A stretch of DNA of 64,000 nucleotides from Betaproteobacteria bacterium (GTDB taxonomy: Bacteria > Pseudomonadota > Gammaproteobacteria > Burkholderiales > Burkholderiaceae_C). Location of the stretch: contig JANYKR010000080.1 of assembly GCA_025358155.1 (NCBI GenBank), positions 16,019 through 80,018 on the forward strand. Reading direction: 5' to 3'. Positions 26,238 to 35,701 of the stretch are shown one piece after another (positions within the stretch are counted from its first letter, which is position 1; every line of letters starts with the position of its first letter). The notes beneath the pieces were generated by a model. It did not search any database. It was not told where the DNA came from and saw only the letters and a program-made list of their open reading frames with translations. A program made the position numbers and the translations under genes.

Positions 26238-28148
26238 ATGCCAGAAAACAGCCCCGCAGCCACGGTCACGGTCAAGGTCACGCCGCCGGCACCGACCCCC
26301 GCGCCGCCCGCCCCTGCCGCTGGTGCGCCGCGCCGGCTGTGGCAGGCCACCACACCGTCGCTGGGCTTGCGGCTGTGGATTGAAGGCAACAAGGTCATCC
26401 TGCAGGCAGCCACCGAGGGGGGCCGCGGCCCGGCCTCGCTGTTGGTGTTGTTGCCGGTCGAGTGGGTGAGCCCCTCACGCATCCGGCCGCTGGTCGATCT
26501 CGACTCGCTGATCCGCCCGCACAAGGACGACCTGCAGGGCGACGCGCTGCACTTTCGATCGCCAGCCAAGACCTTGTCCACGCCCTTCCAGACCCGCTTC
26601 GACGGCAGCAGCTGGACCGAGCTGAGCCAGGGCCAGCCCTGGGTTTTGTTGTTGATGCTGTTTGACAAACCCGACACGACGCAAGCCGGCAGCGGGGCAG
26701 CCGCCGATTGGCGGGCAGCGGTGAAGGAATTTTTCAAACTCGATCAGCCGCCAGTCTGGCTGCGCCGCGGCCTGGTTTATCTGGACAGCCAAGACCTGCC
26801 CGACAGCGCTGCGCCACCGGGCGCGGCCCTGGGTGCAACCGTCCGTGCATCAGCGCCCTTCACCTTCGCTCTCGGCAGCTGTCACTACCCAGCCGGGCTG
26901 GTGGACGGCACGCCGCAAGACTACCAACCCGGCGGCACACAGTTGCCTGGCCCTGCCGACGCTGCCCTGTTGCGCCTGGCGCGGCGGCTGGACCAGCTTG
27001 GCGACCCTGACCGCCCCAGCCTTTTGGTGCTGGCCGGCGACCAGATTTATGCCGATGCCACTGCCGGCTTGTTCGACCCCCGAGCCGGCACCACTCCGCA
27101 AAACCAGGCCAGCCTGCGCGACGCTGCTGACTGGTTGCGTGTGCCCTACCAGAACCTGTACGGCAGCGTTGGCGCGCAATCGGTGCTGGGCCGCCTGCGC
27201 AGCTTCATGGTGCTGGATGACCACGAGATCGACGACAACTGGGAGCCGCTGCCCGCGCCTGCGGCCCCCGGCGCCAAGCGGCACAACCAGGCCTTGCGCA
27301 GCGCCGGCCGCCAAGCCTACCTGCGCTACCAGCGCAACCTGCCCGAGGCCGCCCTGCTTCAGGTGTTGTGGCAGGACCAGAACCACCGCGGCATCCCCTT
27401 CTTTTTGGCCGATACCCGCACTGAGCGCGGCGCCCGCAAGGCCGCCTGGGACCCCTGCCGGCCGCGCATCATGGGCTGCCTGCAAACCGCACGGCTCTAC
27501 GCCTGGCTGGCCGACGCGCCAGAGCGCCCCGCCTTTTTTGTCTCGCCGTCCATGCTCTTGCCGCGTCGGCGCCGCAGCGCCGCTCAGCTCCGCGCCGCCT
27601 TGCACTCTGACGCCTGGTGCGGTTACCCCGGCTCGCTGCACGCATTGCTGGCCAAGGTCTGCCAGCTCGGCCGGTCAAACCTGGTGTTTTTGTCCGGCGA
27701 CGAACACCTGTCTTGTGTGGTCGAGGCCACCATCACCGACCTGCGGCAGGCCGGTCGCCAGGTCAGGCTGCATTCGGTTCACAGCTCAGGCCTGTACACA
27801 CCCTACCCCTTTGCCAACGCCGTGCCCGAGGAGTTTGCACTGCCGGATATGTGGGAGTTTTCTGACCCAACCGACCCTGCGTCCCGCTACCGTTGCCAGG
27901 TGCGGCTGTGCCAGCCCTGGGCAGCAGGCGACGGCTTTGCCTTGCTGCGCCTGGCGCCGCCTGCCCAGGGCAACAGCGGCGGCGACTGGCAACTCAGCGT
28001 GTCCTTTGACCGAGCCGAAGCGACCGCCAGCGCGTGCGCCAACGCGGCGCCGGTCCCAGCCCCGATGTCCTGCCCTGCGCTCAGATTGCAGCCTGGGCCA
28101 GGGCCAGTGCCAGTGCCGCAGTCGGCGCAACAGCCGCCGGGCTGTTAA
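26238..28148 (+). CDS. PhoD-like (alkaline phosphatase D family) metallophosphoesterase with no evident export signal
   Basis: FALGSC, GDQIYAD, DDHEIDDNW, DTRTER, DAWCGY, LSGDEH. Starts 16 bp after the GMC gene with a GAGGT RBS. Confidence 0.85.
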   Translation: MPENSPAATVTVKVTPPAPTPAPPAPAAGAPRRLWQATTPSLGLRLWIEGNKVILQAATEGGRGPASLLVLLPVEWVSPSRIRPLVDLDSLIRPHKDDLQGDALHFRSPAKTLSTPFQTRFDGSSWTELSQGQPWVLLLMLFDKPDTTQAGSGAAADWRAAVKEFFKLDQPPVWLRRGLVYLDSQDLPDSAAPPGAALGATVRASAPFTFALGSCHYPAGLVDGTPQDYQPGGTQLPGPADAALLRLARRLDQLGDPDRPSLLVLAGDQIYADATAGLFDPRAGTTPQNQASLRDAADWLRVPYQNLYGSVGAQSVLGRLRSFMVLDDHEIDDNWEPLPAPAAPGAKRHNQALRSAGRQAYLRYQRNLPEAALLQVLWQDQNHRGIPFFLADTRTERGARKAAWDPCRPRIMGCLQTARLYAWLADAPERPAFFVSPSMLLPRRRRSAAQLRAALHSDAWCGYPGSLHALLAKVCQLGRSNLVFLSGDEHLSCVVEATITDLRQAGRQVRLHSVHSSGLYTPYPFANAVPEEFALPDMWEFSDPTDPASRYRCQVRLCQPWAAGDGFALLRLAPPAQGNSGGDWQLSVSFDRAEATASACANAAPVPAPMSCPALRLQPGPGPVPVPQSAQQPPGC

Positions 28149-29944
28149 GCCGGTGGCGCCCCCTCCGACGCCAGCTCCTGCAACAGGCGCGCCAACACCT
28201 GGCCTTGCACCGGTTTGTGGACCACCCGGTGGCCGGCAGCACGGGCGGCGTGCAAGAGTGCAGGTTCAGTGTCGCCCGTCACCAGCACGGCGGGCACCGG
28301 ACCCAGCCGGGCCTGCAGCGCGGCGATCACGTCGCTGCCGCGCTCATTGCGCAGGCGGTGGTCGATCAGCAGCACCTGGGCCTGAAAGCCCGCCTCCACC
28401 AGCAACAACGCCTGCGCTTGGCCGTCGGCGCAGCGAACATCGCAACCCAGCTGGGTCAACAAGGCCTGCATCGACAGCTGGATCTCCAACTCGTCGTCCA
28501 CCACCAGCACCCGCAGGCCCGGCAGCATGTCGGCCTGCACCGCGTCCGCCGCGAGCGGACTGTCTTGCAGCCGAGCAGCGGCAGCGCTGACCGGCAGTTG
28601 CAGCTCAACCACAGTGCCACTGCCGGCTGTGCTGGTCAGGCGCAACGGGGCGCCCAGCAGGCTGGCAGTGCGCTGCACGATGGCCAAGCCCAATCCGAGG
28701 CCCAGGTTGCGGTCGCGTGCGGTGTTTTCGATCTGGTAAAACTCCTCGAACACCCGGACTTGCTGGTCAACGGCAATGCCGCGCCCGCTATCGATCACGG
28801 CAATCAAGAGCTGTGGCACCGCGTCGGCAGGCGTCAGGTGCGGGTCGAGATAGCGCGCGCTCAAAGTGACGCCGCCGGTGGTGGTGAACTTCACCGCATT
28901 GCCCACCAGGTTGGTCAGGATGCGGCGCAGCAGCAGCGGGTCGCTGGTCGCCAGCGGCGGCGGAGTGGGCAGCACCAGGCGCATCTGCAAACCCTTGTGC
29001 GCAGCCAGTGCAGCAAACTCTTCGCGGACCCCGCTCAGCAAATCGGCCAAGTCCACGGTCTGGAGATTCGGCTTGACCGCCTGGGCATCGAGCTTGGATA
29101 TCTCCAACAAACTGTCGAGCAGGCCGTTACTTTGGCTGAGGGCCCGGTTGATGCTGTTGCTCAACTCCTTGATCAGCGGGTCGGCCTGCCGGCTGGCCAA
29201 CAGCTCAAGCGTGGTGGCGTTGATCGAGAGTGCGTGCAAGGGCTGCCGCAGGTCATGGCTGGCGGCGGCAAAGAAGCGCGTCTTCGACAGGCTGGCCGCC
29301 TCGGCGTCGTCGCGGGCCACGCGCAGCGAGGCGGCCAGGTGCTCGTTGTCCAAGGCCAGTTTGACCAACTGCTGCAGGCCCCGGCTCTGGTCGCGAAGGC
29401 CGCCTGCCAGCACAGTGATCAGGCCGATGATCAGCGCCCCGATCCACAAGCCGTCTGCGCTGCCCTGCAAGGCCCAGACCGTCGCCAGGCCGCCACCCAC
29501 CAGCGCGACATAAGCAAAAAAGGACCGCATCTGCCCCCCCACCGAAGCGCCGGTGCCGGCGATCAGGCCCAAGTAGACGGTGGTGAGCATGAAGTGCTCG
29601 ACCTGCACAGGATGGGTAAACAGCAGCGGCAACATCACCGCACGCAACACACCTATCAACAACAAATAGGCGCTCAGCCAGTGCAGCGCGGCCTGCGGGT
29701 CAGAGATGGGCAGCTTCTGAGTCCGCAAGACATGGCGCCAACGCCCCACCTGGACGGCGAACAACGCGGCAAACCACAGCAAGGCCGGCACTGAAAAGCC
29801 CAGCCGGAACACCAGCCAGCACAAAAAGACATCGGTCAACACATTGCTCAGCGGCATGCGGCCGATCTGGCGCTGCGCAAGTCGCAGGTGCTCGCGGGCG
29901 ATGCGCTCGGGCAAGTCGCTGTCGGGCGCGCCAGCCTCAGCCAA
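28145..29944 (-). CDS. Hybrid sensor histidine kinase (about 6 TM helices, HisKA, HATPase, REC)
   Basis: ASHDLRQP H-box, NAVKF, DSGRGI, GLGLGL, REC domain VVDDE...LLID. Likely TTG start at 29944 with a GAGGG RBS. Confidence 0.9.
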   Translation of the reverse strand: MAEAGAPDSDLPERIAREHLRLAQRQIGRMPLSNVLTDVFLCWLVFRLGFSVPALLWFAALFAVQVGRWRHVLRTQKLPISDPQAALHWLSAYLLLIGVLRAVMLPLLFTHPVQVEHFMLTTVYLGLIAGTGASVGGQMRSFFAYVALVGGGLATVWALQGSADGLWIGALIIGLITVLAGGLRDQSRGLQQLVKLALDNEHLAASLRVARDDAEAASLSKTRFFAAASHDLRQPLHALSINATTLELLASRQADPLIKELSNSINRALSQSNGLLDSLLEISKLDAQAVKPNLQTVDLADLLSGVREEFAALAAHKGLQMRLVLPTPPPLATSDPLLLRRILTNLVGNAVKFTTTGGVTLSARYLDPHLTPADAVPQLLIAVIDSGRGIAVDQQVRVFEEFYQIENTARDRNLGLGLGLAIVQRTASLLGAPLRLTSTAGSGTVVELQLPVSAAAARLQDSPLAADAVQADMLPGLRVLVVDDELEIQLSMQALLTQLGCDVRCADGQAQALLLVEAGFQAQVLLIDHRLRNERGSDVIAALQARLGPVPAVLVTGDTEPALLHAARAAGHRVVHKPVQGQVLARLLQELASEGAPPA

Positions 29945-30590
29945 TCCGGATGCCCTCGCGCGAGGCCTGGTAAGCCGCTTCGGTACGGTTGCGCACGCCG
30001 AGTGCTGCATAGACGGCGGCCAGGTGGGTCTTGACGGTCGACTCGGCAATGCCCAATTCGCGGGCGATCAGCTTGTTGGGCAAGCCTCGGGCGGCGCTGC
30101 GGTAGGCATCGACCTGGCGGGGCGTCAACCCGGCCAGGCGCTGCTCGGCCTCGACCAGAAGTGGGCTGCCCGTCGCTGCCGTGCTGCCCTGGCGCGGCGC
30201 GGCATCGGGCGGCAAAAAGATGCCTCCTTGCAACACCTTGTTCATCGCCGCCAGCATCGCCTCGGAGCTGTAACGCTTGGGCACAAACCCCGCCGCGCCC
30301 AGCTCGATGGCGGTGCGCACCAGCTGCGGGTCGCTTTCACCCGACAACACCACGATGCGGGCGGTACAGCCGATTTCACGCAACCGGGTGATGGCATCGG
30401 CGCCGGTGCAACCATCAAGGTACCAGTCGAGCATCAGCAGGTCGTAACGGGTCTCGGCGGCCATGGCCAGCGCCGGCCCTATGGCGCTGGCGGTATCGAT
30501 CTGCAGGCCGGGCACCATCAGGCCCAGCAGGTTCTTCAAGCCCTGCAACACCATCACGTGATCGTCCACCATCAGCACACGCATCGCCAC
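29937..30590 (-). CDS. NarL/LuxR family response regulator
   Basis: MVDDH, MLDW, C-terminal HTH LTPRQ...GLPNKLIARELGIAESTVKTH. Confidence 0.95.
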   Translation of the reverse strand: MAMRVLMVDDHVMVLQGLKNLLGLMVPGLQIDTASAIGPALAMAAETRYDLLMLDWYLDGCTGADAITRLREIGCTARIVVLSGESDPQLVRTAIELGAAGFVPKRYSSEAMLAAMNKVLQGGIFLPPDAAPRQGSTAATGSPLLVEAEQRLAGLTPRQVDAYRSAARGLPNKLIARELGIAESTVKTHLAAVYAALGVRNRTEAAYQASREGIRIG

Positions 30591-30819
30591 CCCAGTTCAG
30601 TCCTGCGGATCACTCTACCGTCAACCCGCTTGATCGCCCTCCGCCGGATGGCGGAGGGCAGGCAGGATCGGCATCACCGCCAGGCCAGTATGGCGCCGCA
30701 TGGCGTACACGGCTCCTCCGTATGGCGGATGGTTGGCGCCAGCCTGGCGCTGCAAACTTTGGTTACGCAGCAGGGTGTTTTGCATCAACCGTCTGCGCCA
30801 AAACGACCAGGGAGCATCC

Positions 30820-31524
30820 ATGTACGGGCAAAACTCACAATCCAGCAGCATTGAGCAGCCGGCATCCAACCCGCTGCGTTTGCACTCGCCAGCCCGGCCG
30901 TGGAGCGGCCCGGAGCGGCGGCGCCAAACCGACGAAGCCCAGGACGACCGGCTGAACTGGCGCTTTCAGTTGCTCGACGAGATCGACTACGGCATCTTTG
31001 TGCTGAGTGCGCAGAGCAAGCTGTTGTACGCCAACCCGGTTGCGTTGGCTTGTCTCAATTCGATGGCTGTGCTGCGCGAGGAGAACGGTGCGCTGGTAAC
31101 CACCAGCTTGCGCGACACGGTGGCGCTGGGCAATGCGGTACGTGCGGCGTCGACGCAGGGCCTGCGCCGCCTGTTGCAGGTGGGCGCCACCCCGGACCGG
31201 CTGGCCTTGGCGGTGGTACCCGGTCCACAGGTGTCGGGGTCGTCCGGCCGTCGGGTGTTGGTGATGCTGCCGCGCAGACGCCTGTGCCAGCCTTTGTCCA
31301 CCTACGGCTTTGCCCGCGACCATGGCCTGAGTTCGGCTGAAAGCCAAGTACTGAACCTGCTGTGCGACGGCCTGCAGCCGTCCAAAATCGCCGACCAGCA
31401 CGGGGTGGCGATCGCCACAGTGCGCACCCAGATCGCCAACATCCGCAGCAAGACCAATACCGCCACGATCAGCGAATTGATCCAGCGCATCGCCCGGCTG
31501 CCACCGATTTGCAGCGCACTCTAG
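30820..31524 (+). CDS. LuxR-type HTH transcriptional regulator with a PAS-like N-terminus
   Basis: LLDEIDYGIFVL...LLYAN; HTH LSSAESQVLNLLCDG...IATVRTQI. GGAG RBS before 30820. Confidence 0.85.
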   Translation: MYGQNSQSSSIEQPASNPLRLHSPARPWSGPERRRQTDEAQDDRLNWRFQLLDEIDYGIFVLSAQSKLLYANPVALACLNSMAVLREENGALVTTSLRDTVALGNAVRAASTQGLRRLLQVGATPDRLALAVVPGPQVSGSSGRRVLVMLPRRRLCQPLSTYGFARDHGLSSAESQVLNLLCDGLQPSKIADQHGVAIATVRTQIANIRSKTNTATISELIQRIARLPPICSAL

Positions 31525-31874
31525 TGCGGTGTTTGATGCTGCGCGGTGCTTGAAAAAGCCGATGGACCGGGTTGTCTGGGCTTGCAACGATACCGGGCGG
31601 CCAAAGCAACCAGCGCGCATCGCCCGCTGGCCGATCGAAACACCGCACTGGCGCGGACCACCCGCTGATCGACTGCAGACACATGGCACTCTGTGAAGGC
31701 CCGTGTGCGGCTGTGGCGCAACACCAGCGGGCACACGCGCACTGGCCAATCGCAGGCCGGGCGAACAAAGGCCCTCAGGGTCGTGTCAACGGGTTGCGGC
31801 GGGAGACTGCCGGAGAGCGGGCTGGCGCCGGTTGCCGCAGGCGAGCGGCTGGCCGCCACTGACGCCGCTGTGCG

Positions 31875-32393
31875 TCAGACCTTGACCACCGGATCGGCCA
31901 GCGACGGGTCGGCCCAGACCAGCTCCAGCGGATAGGTCACACCCGCCTGCAGGTCACCCAGGCAGCGCAGGATCAGCGGGCTGCGGTGGCGTGCCTCGGT
32001 CGCCCGCAGCTCGTCGGCCGTGAGCCAGAGCGTGCGCACGATGCCGGTGTCGAGCGCCCGGCCGGGCTCGGGCTCACCCACGCTGCCGAGGTAGGCAAAG
32101 CGCAAGTAGGTGATGTCCTCGGCTGGGCGGTCAGCCTGGGCTGGCCGCACAAAACGCGACAGGTAAACCCCCAGCAAGGCCTGTGGCTCAAAGGCACAGG
32201 CTGTTTCTTCCAGGCACTCGCGCACCACAGCCTGCAGCGGGGATTCCCCCGGATCGAGGTGGCCGGCCGGGTTGTTGAGCCGCAACCCCTCCGCGGTGTG
32301 CTCCTCGACCATCAGGTAACGCGCTGTGCCGTCGATGATGCGACAGGCGATTGCCGCCACGGTAACGCTGGGTTTCCATCGGATCTCGGCCAT
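31875..32393 (-). CDS. NUDIX hydrolase (NudJ-like)
   Basis: WKPSVTVAA, NNPAGHLDPGES...RECLEET Nudix box. Confidence 0.93.
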   Translation of the reverse strand: MAEIRWKPSVTVAAIACRIIDGTARYLMVEEHTAEGLRLNNPAGHLDPGESPLQAVVRECLEETACAFEPQALLGVYLSRFVRPAQADRPAEDITYLRFAYLGSVGEPEPGRALDTGIVRTLWLTADELRATEARHRSPLILRCLGDLQAGVTYPLELVWADPSLADPVVKV

Positions 32394-32555
32394 CCGCGCA
32401 ATGGTAGTGGCACCACGCCACTGCGGTGAGCGAGGTGCAGCGACGCCCCTGCAAGCTCGGCACGCCGCATGCCCTCAGTCGCCCCAAAGATGAAGTCGGG
32501 TAAGCTGCCGGCAGGAGCCGCCCTGATCCCAATGGTGAGCCCGCGAGGAGAAAGC

Positions 32556-33701
32556 ATGCAGATAGGCGTACCCACCGAGACGCTGGCGGGTGAAACCCGC
32601 GTAGCCGTCACCCCCGAGACGGCCAAAAAGCTCAAGGCCCAGGGCCATACCGTGTGCATCCAGTCGGGTGCCGGCGTAGCCGCCTCGGTCACCGACGAGG
32701 CCTATGTCGCGGCCGGCGCCGAGATCACCGACCGCGCCGGCGCGCTGGGCACTGACCTGGTGCTCAAGGTGCGCGCACCGCAGGCCGACGAGCTGGCGCT
32801 GATGAAGCCCGGCGCCGCGCTGGTCGGCATGCTCAACCCGTTTGATGCGGCCGGACTGGCCGCCATCGCCGCCGCCGGCCTGACCAGTTTTGCGCTGGAG
32901 GCAGCACCACGTACCACCCGGGCGCAGAGCATGGACGTGCTGTCGAGCCAGGCCAACATTGCCGGCTACAAAGCGGTGATGATTGCGGCCGACCGCTACC
33001 AGCGCTTTTTTCCGATGCTGATGACGGCGGCCGGCACGGTCAAGGCGGCGCGGGTGGTGATCCTGGGCGTCGGCGTGGCCGGCTTGCAGGCGATTGCCAC
33101 CGCCAAGCGGCTTGGCGCGGTGATCGAGGCCAGCGATGTGCGGCCCTCGGTCAAGGAGCAGATCGAGTCGCTGGGCGGCAAGTTCATCGAGGTGTCCTAC
33201 GACACGCCCGAGGAGAAAGAGGCTGCCGTGGGCGTGGGCGGCTACGCCAAGCCGATGCCGCCGAGCTGGCTGGCGCGCCAGCAGATCGAGGTGGCCAAGC
33301 GGGTGGCGCTGGCCGACATCGTGATCAGCACCGCGCTGATCCCGGGCCGCGCCGCGCCCACGCTGATCACCGAGGAGATGGTCAAGTCGATGAAGCCGGG
33401 CTCGGTGATCGTCGATATCGCCGCTGGCAAGGGCCGGAATTTGCAGGGCGAGCTGGGCGGCGGCAACTGCCCCCTGTCCGAGGCCGACAAGACGGTCGTC
33501 AAGTACGGCGTCACGCTGGTGGGTGAAACCAACCTGGCCGCGCTGGTCAGCGCCGATGCATCGGCGCTGTACGCCCGCAACGTGCTCGATTTCCTCAAGC
33601 TGGTGCTGGCAAAGGACGCAGCCGCCGTTGCCGTACCGATGGACGACGACATCGTGGCGGCCTGCCTGATGACGCAGTCCGGCAACGTGTTGCGCAAGTA
33701 A
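32556..33701 (+). CDS. pntA: NAD(P) transhydrogenase alpha subunit, domain I
   Basis: ETRVAVTPE, DVLSSQANIAGY, GVGVAGLQ, ALIPGRAAP. GAGGAG RBS. Confidence 0.97.
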   Translation: MQIGVPTETLAGETRVAVTPETAKKLKAQGHTVCIQSGAGVAASVTDEAYVAAGAEITDRAGALGTDLVLKVRAPQADELALMKPGAALVGMLNPFDAAGLAAIAAAGLTSFALEAAPRTTRAQSMDVLSSQANIAGYKAVMIAADRYQRFFPMLMTAAGTVKAARVVILGVGVAGLQAIATAKRLGAVIEASDVRPSVKEQIESLGGKFIEVSYDTPEEKEAAVGVGGYAKPMPPSWLARQQIEVAKRVALADIVISTALIPGRAAPTLITEEMVKSMKPGSVIVDIAAGKGRNLQGELGGGNCPLSEADKTVVKYGVTLVGETNLAALVSADASALYARNVLDFLKLVLAKDAAAVAVPMDDDIVAACLMTQSGNVLRK

Positions 33702-33730
33702 GCCCCCACAAGAAGGACCAAGGACACCCC

Positions 33731-34066
33731 ATGGACATCCTCAGCCCCACCGTCACCAACCTGATCATCTTCGTGCTGGCCATCTACGTGGGTTACCACG
33801 TGGTCTGGACCGTCACACCCGCGCTGCACACCCCGCTGATGGCAGTGACCAACGCCATCTCGGCCATCGTCATCGTCGGCGCAATGCTGGCCGCCGCGAT
33901 GACCGAAACCACTCTGGGCAAGACCATGGGTGTGCTGGCCGTAGCGCTGGCCTCGGTCAACATCTTCGGTGGCTTTTTGGTCACCCGGCGCATGCTGGAG
34001 ATGTTCCGCAAGAAGGAAAAGAAGGCGCCTGCCGTTGAGCTGAAGAAGTCGGGAGACGCAGCATGA
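33731..34066 (+). CDS. pntA: NAD(P) transhydrogenase alpha subunit, membrane part
   Basis: PALHTPLMAVTNAIS, NIFGGFLVTRRML. Confidence 0.95.
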   Translation: MDILSPTVTNLIIFVLAIYVGYHVVWTVTPALHTPLMAVTNAISAIVIVGAMLAAAMTETTLGKTMGVLAVALASVNIFGGFLVTRRMLEMFRKKEKKAPAVELKKSGDAA

Positions 34067-35490
34067 GCATGAACCTCGTCACGCTGCTGTACCTGGTGGC
34101 CAGCGTCTGCTTCATCCAGGCGCTCAAGGGCTTGTCCCACCCCACCAGCTCGATCCGCGGCAACCTGTTCGGCATGATCGGCATGGCGATTGCCGTGCTC
34201 ACCACCTCGGCGCTGATCGTCAAGCTCTCCAGCGGCAGCGCGTCCGGCATGGCCTGGGTGCTGCTGGGCCTGGTGGCCGGTGGGGTCTACGGCGCCTACC
34301 GCGCCAAGACGGTCGAGATGACCAAGATGCCCGAACTGGTGGCGTTTTTCCACAGCATGATCGGCCTGGCGGCGGTTTTCATCGCCATCGCAGCGGTGGT
34401 CGAGCCGGCGGCGATGCTGCACGGCATCGACAAAGGCATGCCGATCCCGGCCGGCAATCGGCTGGAGCTATTTTTGGGTGCGGCCATCGGTGCCATCACC
34501 TTCAGCGGCTCGGTGATCGCTTTCGGCAAGCTCAGCGGCACCTACAAGTTCCGGCTGTTCCAGGGTGCGCCGGTGCAGTTTGCCGGCCAGCACAAGCTCA
34601 ACCTGATCCTGGGCATGGCGATGCTGGGCCTGGGCCTGGTGTTCACCTTCACCGAGAGCTGGCCCGCGTTTTTTGCGATGCTGGTGGTGGCCTTCGTGAT
34701 CGGCGTGACGCTGATCATCCCGATCGGCGGCGCCGACATGCCGGTGGTGGTGTCGATGCTCAACAGCTACTCGGGCTGGGCGGCGGCGGGCATCGGCTTC
34801 AGCCTCAACAACGCGATGCTGATCGTGGCCGGCTCGCTGGTGGGCTCATCGGGCGCGATCCTGAGCTACATCATGTGCAAGGCCATGAACCGCTCGTTCT
34901 TCAACGTTATCGGCGGCGGTTTTGGCGGTGAGACCACCACCGCCGTGGCCGGCAGCGCGGTGCAGCGCCCGGTCAAGAGCGGCAGCGCCGACGACGCCGC
35001 CTTTGTGCTGGGCAATGCCGAGACTGTGATCATCGTGCCGGGCTACGGCCTGGCGGTGGCGCGCGCCCAGCATGCCGTCAAGGAGTTGGCGGCCAAGCTG
35101 ACCGAGAAGGGCATCACGGTCAAATACGCCATCCACCCGGTGGCCGGCCGCATGCCCGGCCACATGAACGTGCTGCTGGCCGAGGCCGAGGTGCCTTACG
35201 ACCAGGTGTTCGAGATGGAAGACATCAACGGCGAGTTTGGCCAGGCCGACGTCGCGATCATCCTGGGCGCCAACGATGTGGTGAACCCTGCCGCCCACAT
35301 CAAGGGCAGCGCGATCTACGGCATGCCGATCCTGGAGGCCTACAAGGCCAAAACCATCATCGTCAACAAACGCTCGATGGCCGCCGGCTACGCCGGCCTG
35401 GACAACGAGTTGTTCTACATGGACAAGACCATGATGGTGTTTGGCGACGCCAAGAAGGTGGTCGAGGACATGGTCAAGGCGATCGAGTAG
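34063..35490 (+). CDS. pntB: NAD(P) transhydrogenase beta subunit
   Basis: MPELVAFFHS, GGADMPVV, VPGYGLAVARAQ, HPVAGRMPGHMNVLLAEA. Confidence 0.97.
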   Translation: MSMNLVTLLYLVASVCFIQALKGLSHPTSSIRGNLFGMIGMAIAVLTTSALIVKLSSGSASGMAWVLLGLVAGGVYGAYRAKTVEMTKMPELVAFFHSMIGLAAVFIAIAAVVEPAAMLHGIDKGMPIPAGNRLELFLGAAIGAITFSGSVIAFGKLSGTYKFRLFQGAPVQFAGQHKLNLILGMAMLGLGLVFTFTESWPAFFAMLVVAFVIGVTLIIPIGGADMPVVVSMLNSYSGWAAAGIGFSLNNAMLIVAGSLVGSSGAILSYIMCKAMNRSFFNVIGGGFGGETTTAVAGSAVQRPVKSGSADDAAFVLGNAETVIIVPGYGLAVARAQHAVKELAAKLTEKGITVKYAIHPVAGRMPGHMNVLLAEAEVPYDQVFEMEDINGEFGQADVAIILGANDVVNPAAHIKGSAIYGMPILEAYKAKTIIVNKRSMAAGYAGLDNELFYMDKTMMVFGDAKKVVEDMVKAIE

Positions 35491-35498
35491 GCCCCCAG

Positions 35499-35701
35499 GG
35501 CGGGCGGCGCCGGCAAGGCCGCCCGCCTCGGCCCGGACGCGGCGCTGGCCCCTGATCGATTCGTCCGTGCGCCAGAGTCCGAGGGCGCGCCTGAGGCCTT
35601 GATCTGCGGGGGCTGGCTGCAGGCCGCATGCACGCGGCCCTCCGCACAACTTAAAACTTTCGCCCCGTGAGGCGGCGGGCAGGCGCTGCGCCCGCCGCCT
35701 C
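35499..35701. repeat. Two similar GC-rich hairpins downstream of pntB (REP-like or terminator-like)
   Basis: 10-bp stem at 35499-35527 and 12-bp stem at 35669-35701, both with 9-nt loops; no clear U tract. Confidence 0.5.

Noticed and set aside
22076-28148. Assignment as a known anti-phage defence system
   Set aside because: No nuclease, NTPase, TIR/SIR2 or other recognised defence domain was seen; a defence role is untested rather than supported.
11942-29794. Long antisense or shifted ORFs (11942..13741, 15082..17064, 17250..18593, 19218..20651, 23546..25447, 26833..28590, 28034..29794)
   Set aside because: They shadow well-supported genes and have low-complexity Arg/Ala/Gly/Pro translations with no motifs.
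32394-32555. Riboswitch upstream of pntA
   Set aside because: No recognisable aptamer consensus by eye; an Rfam scan would be needed.
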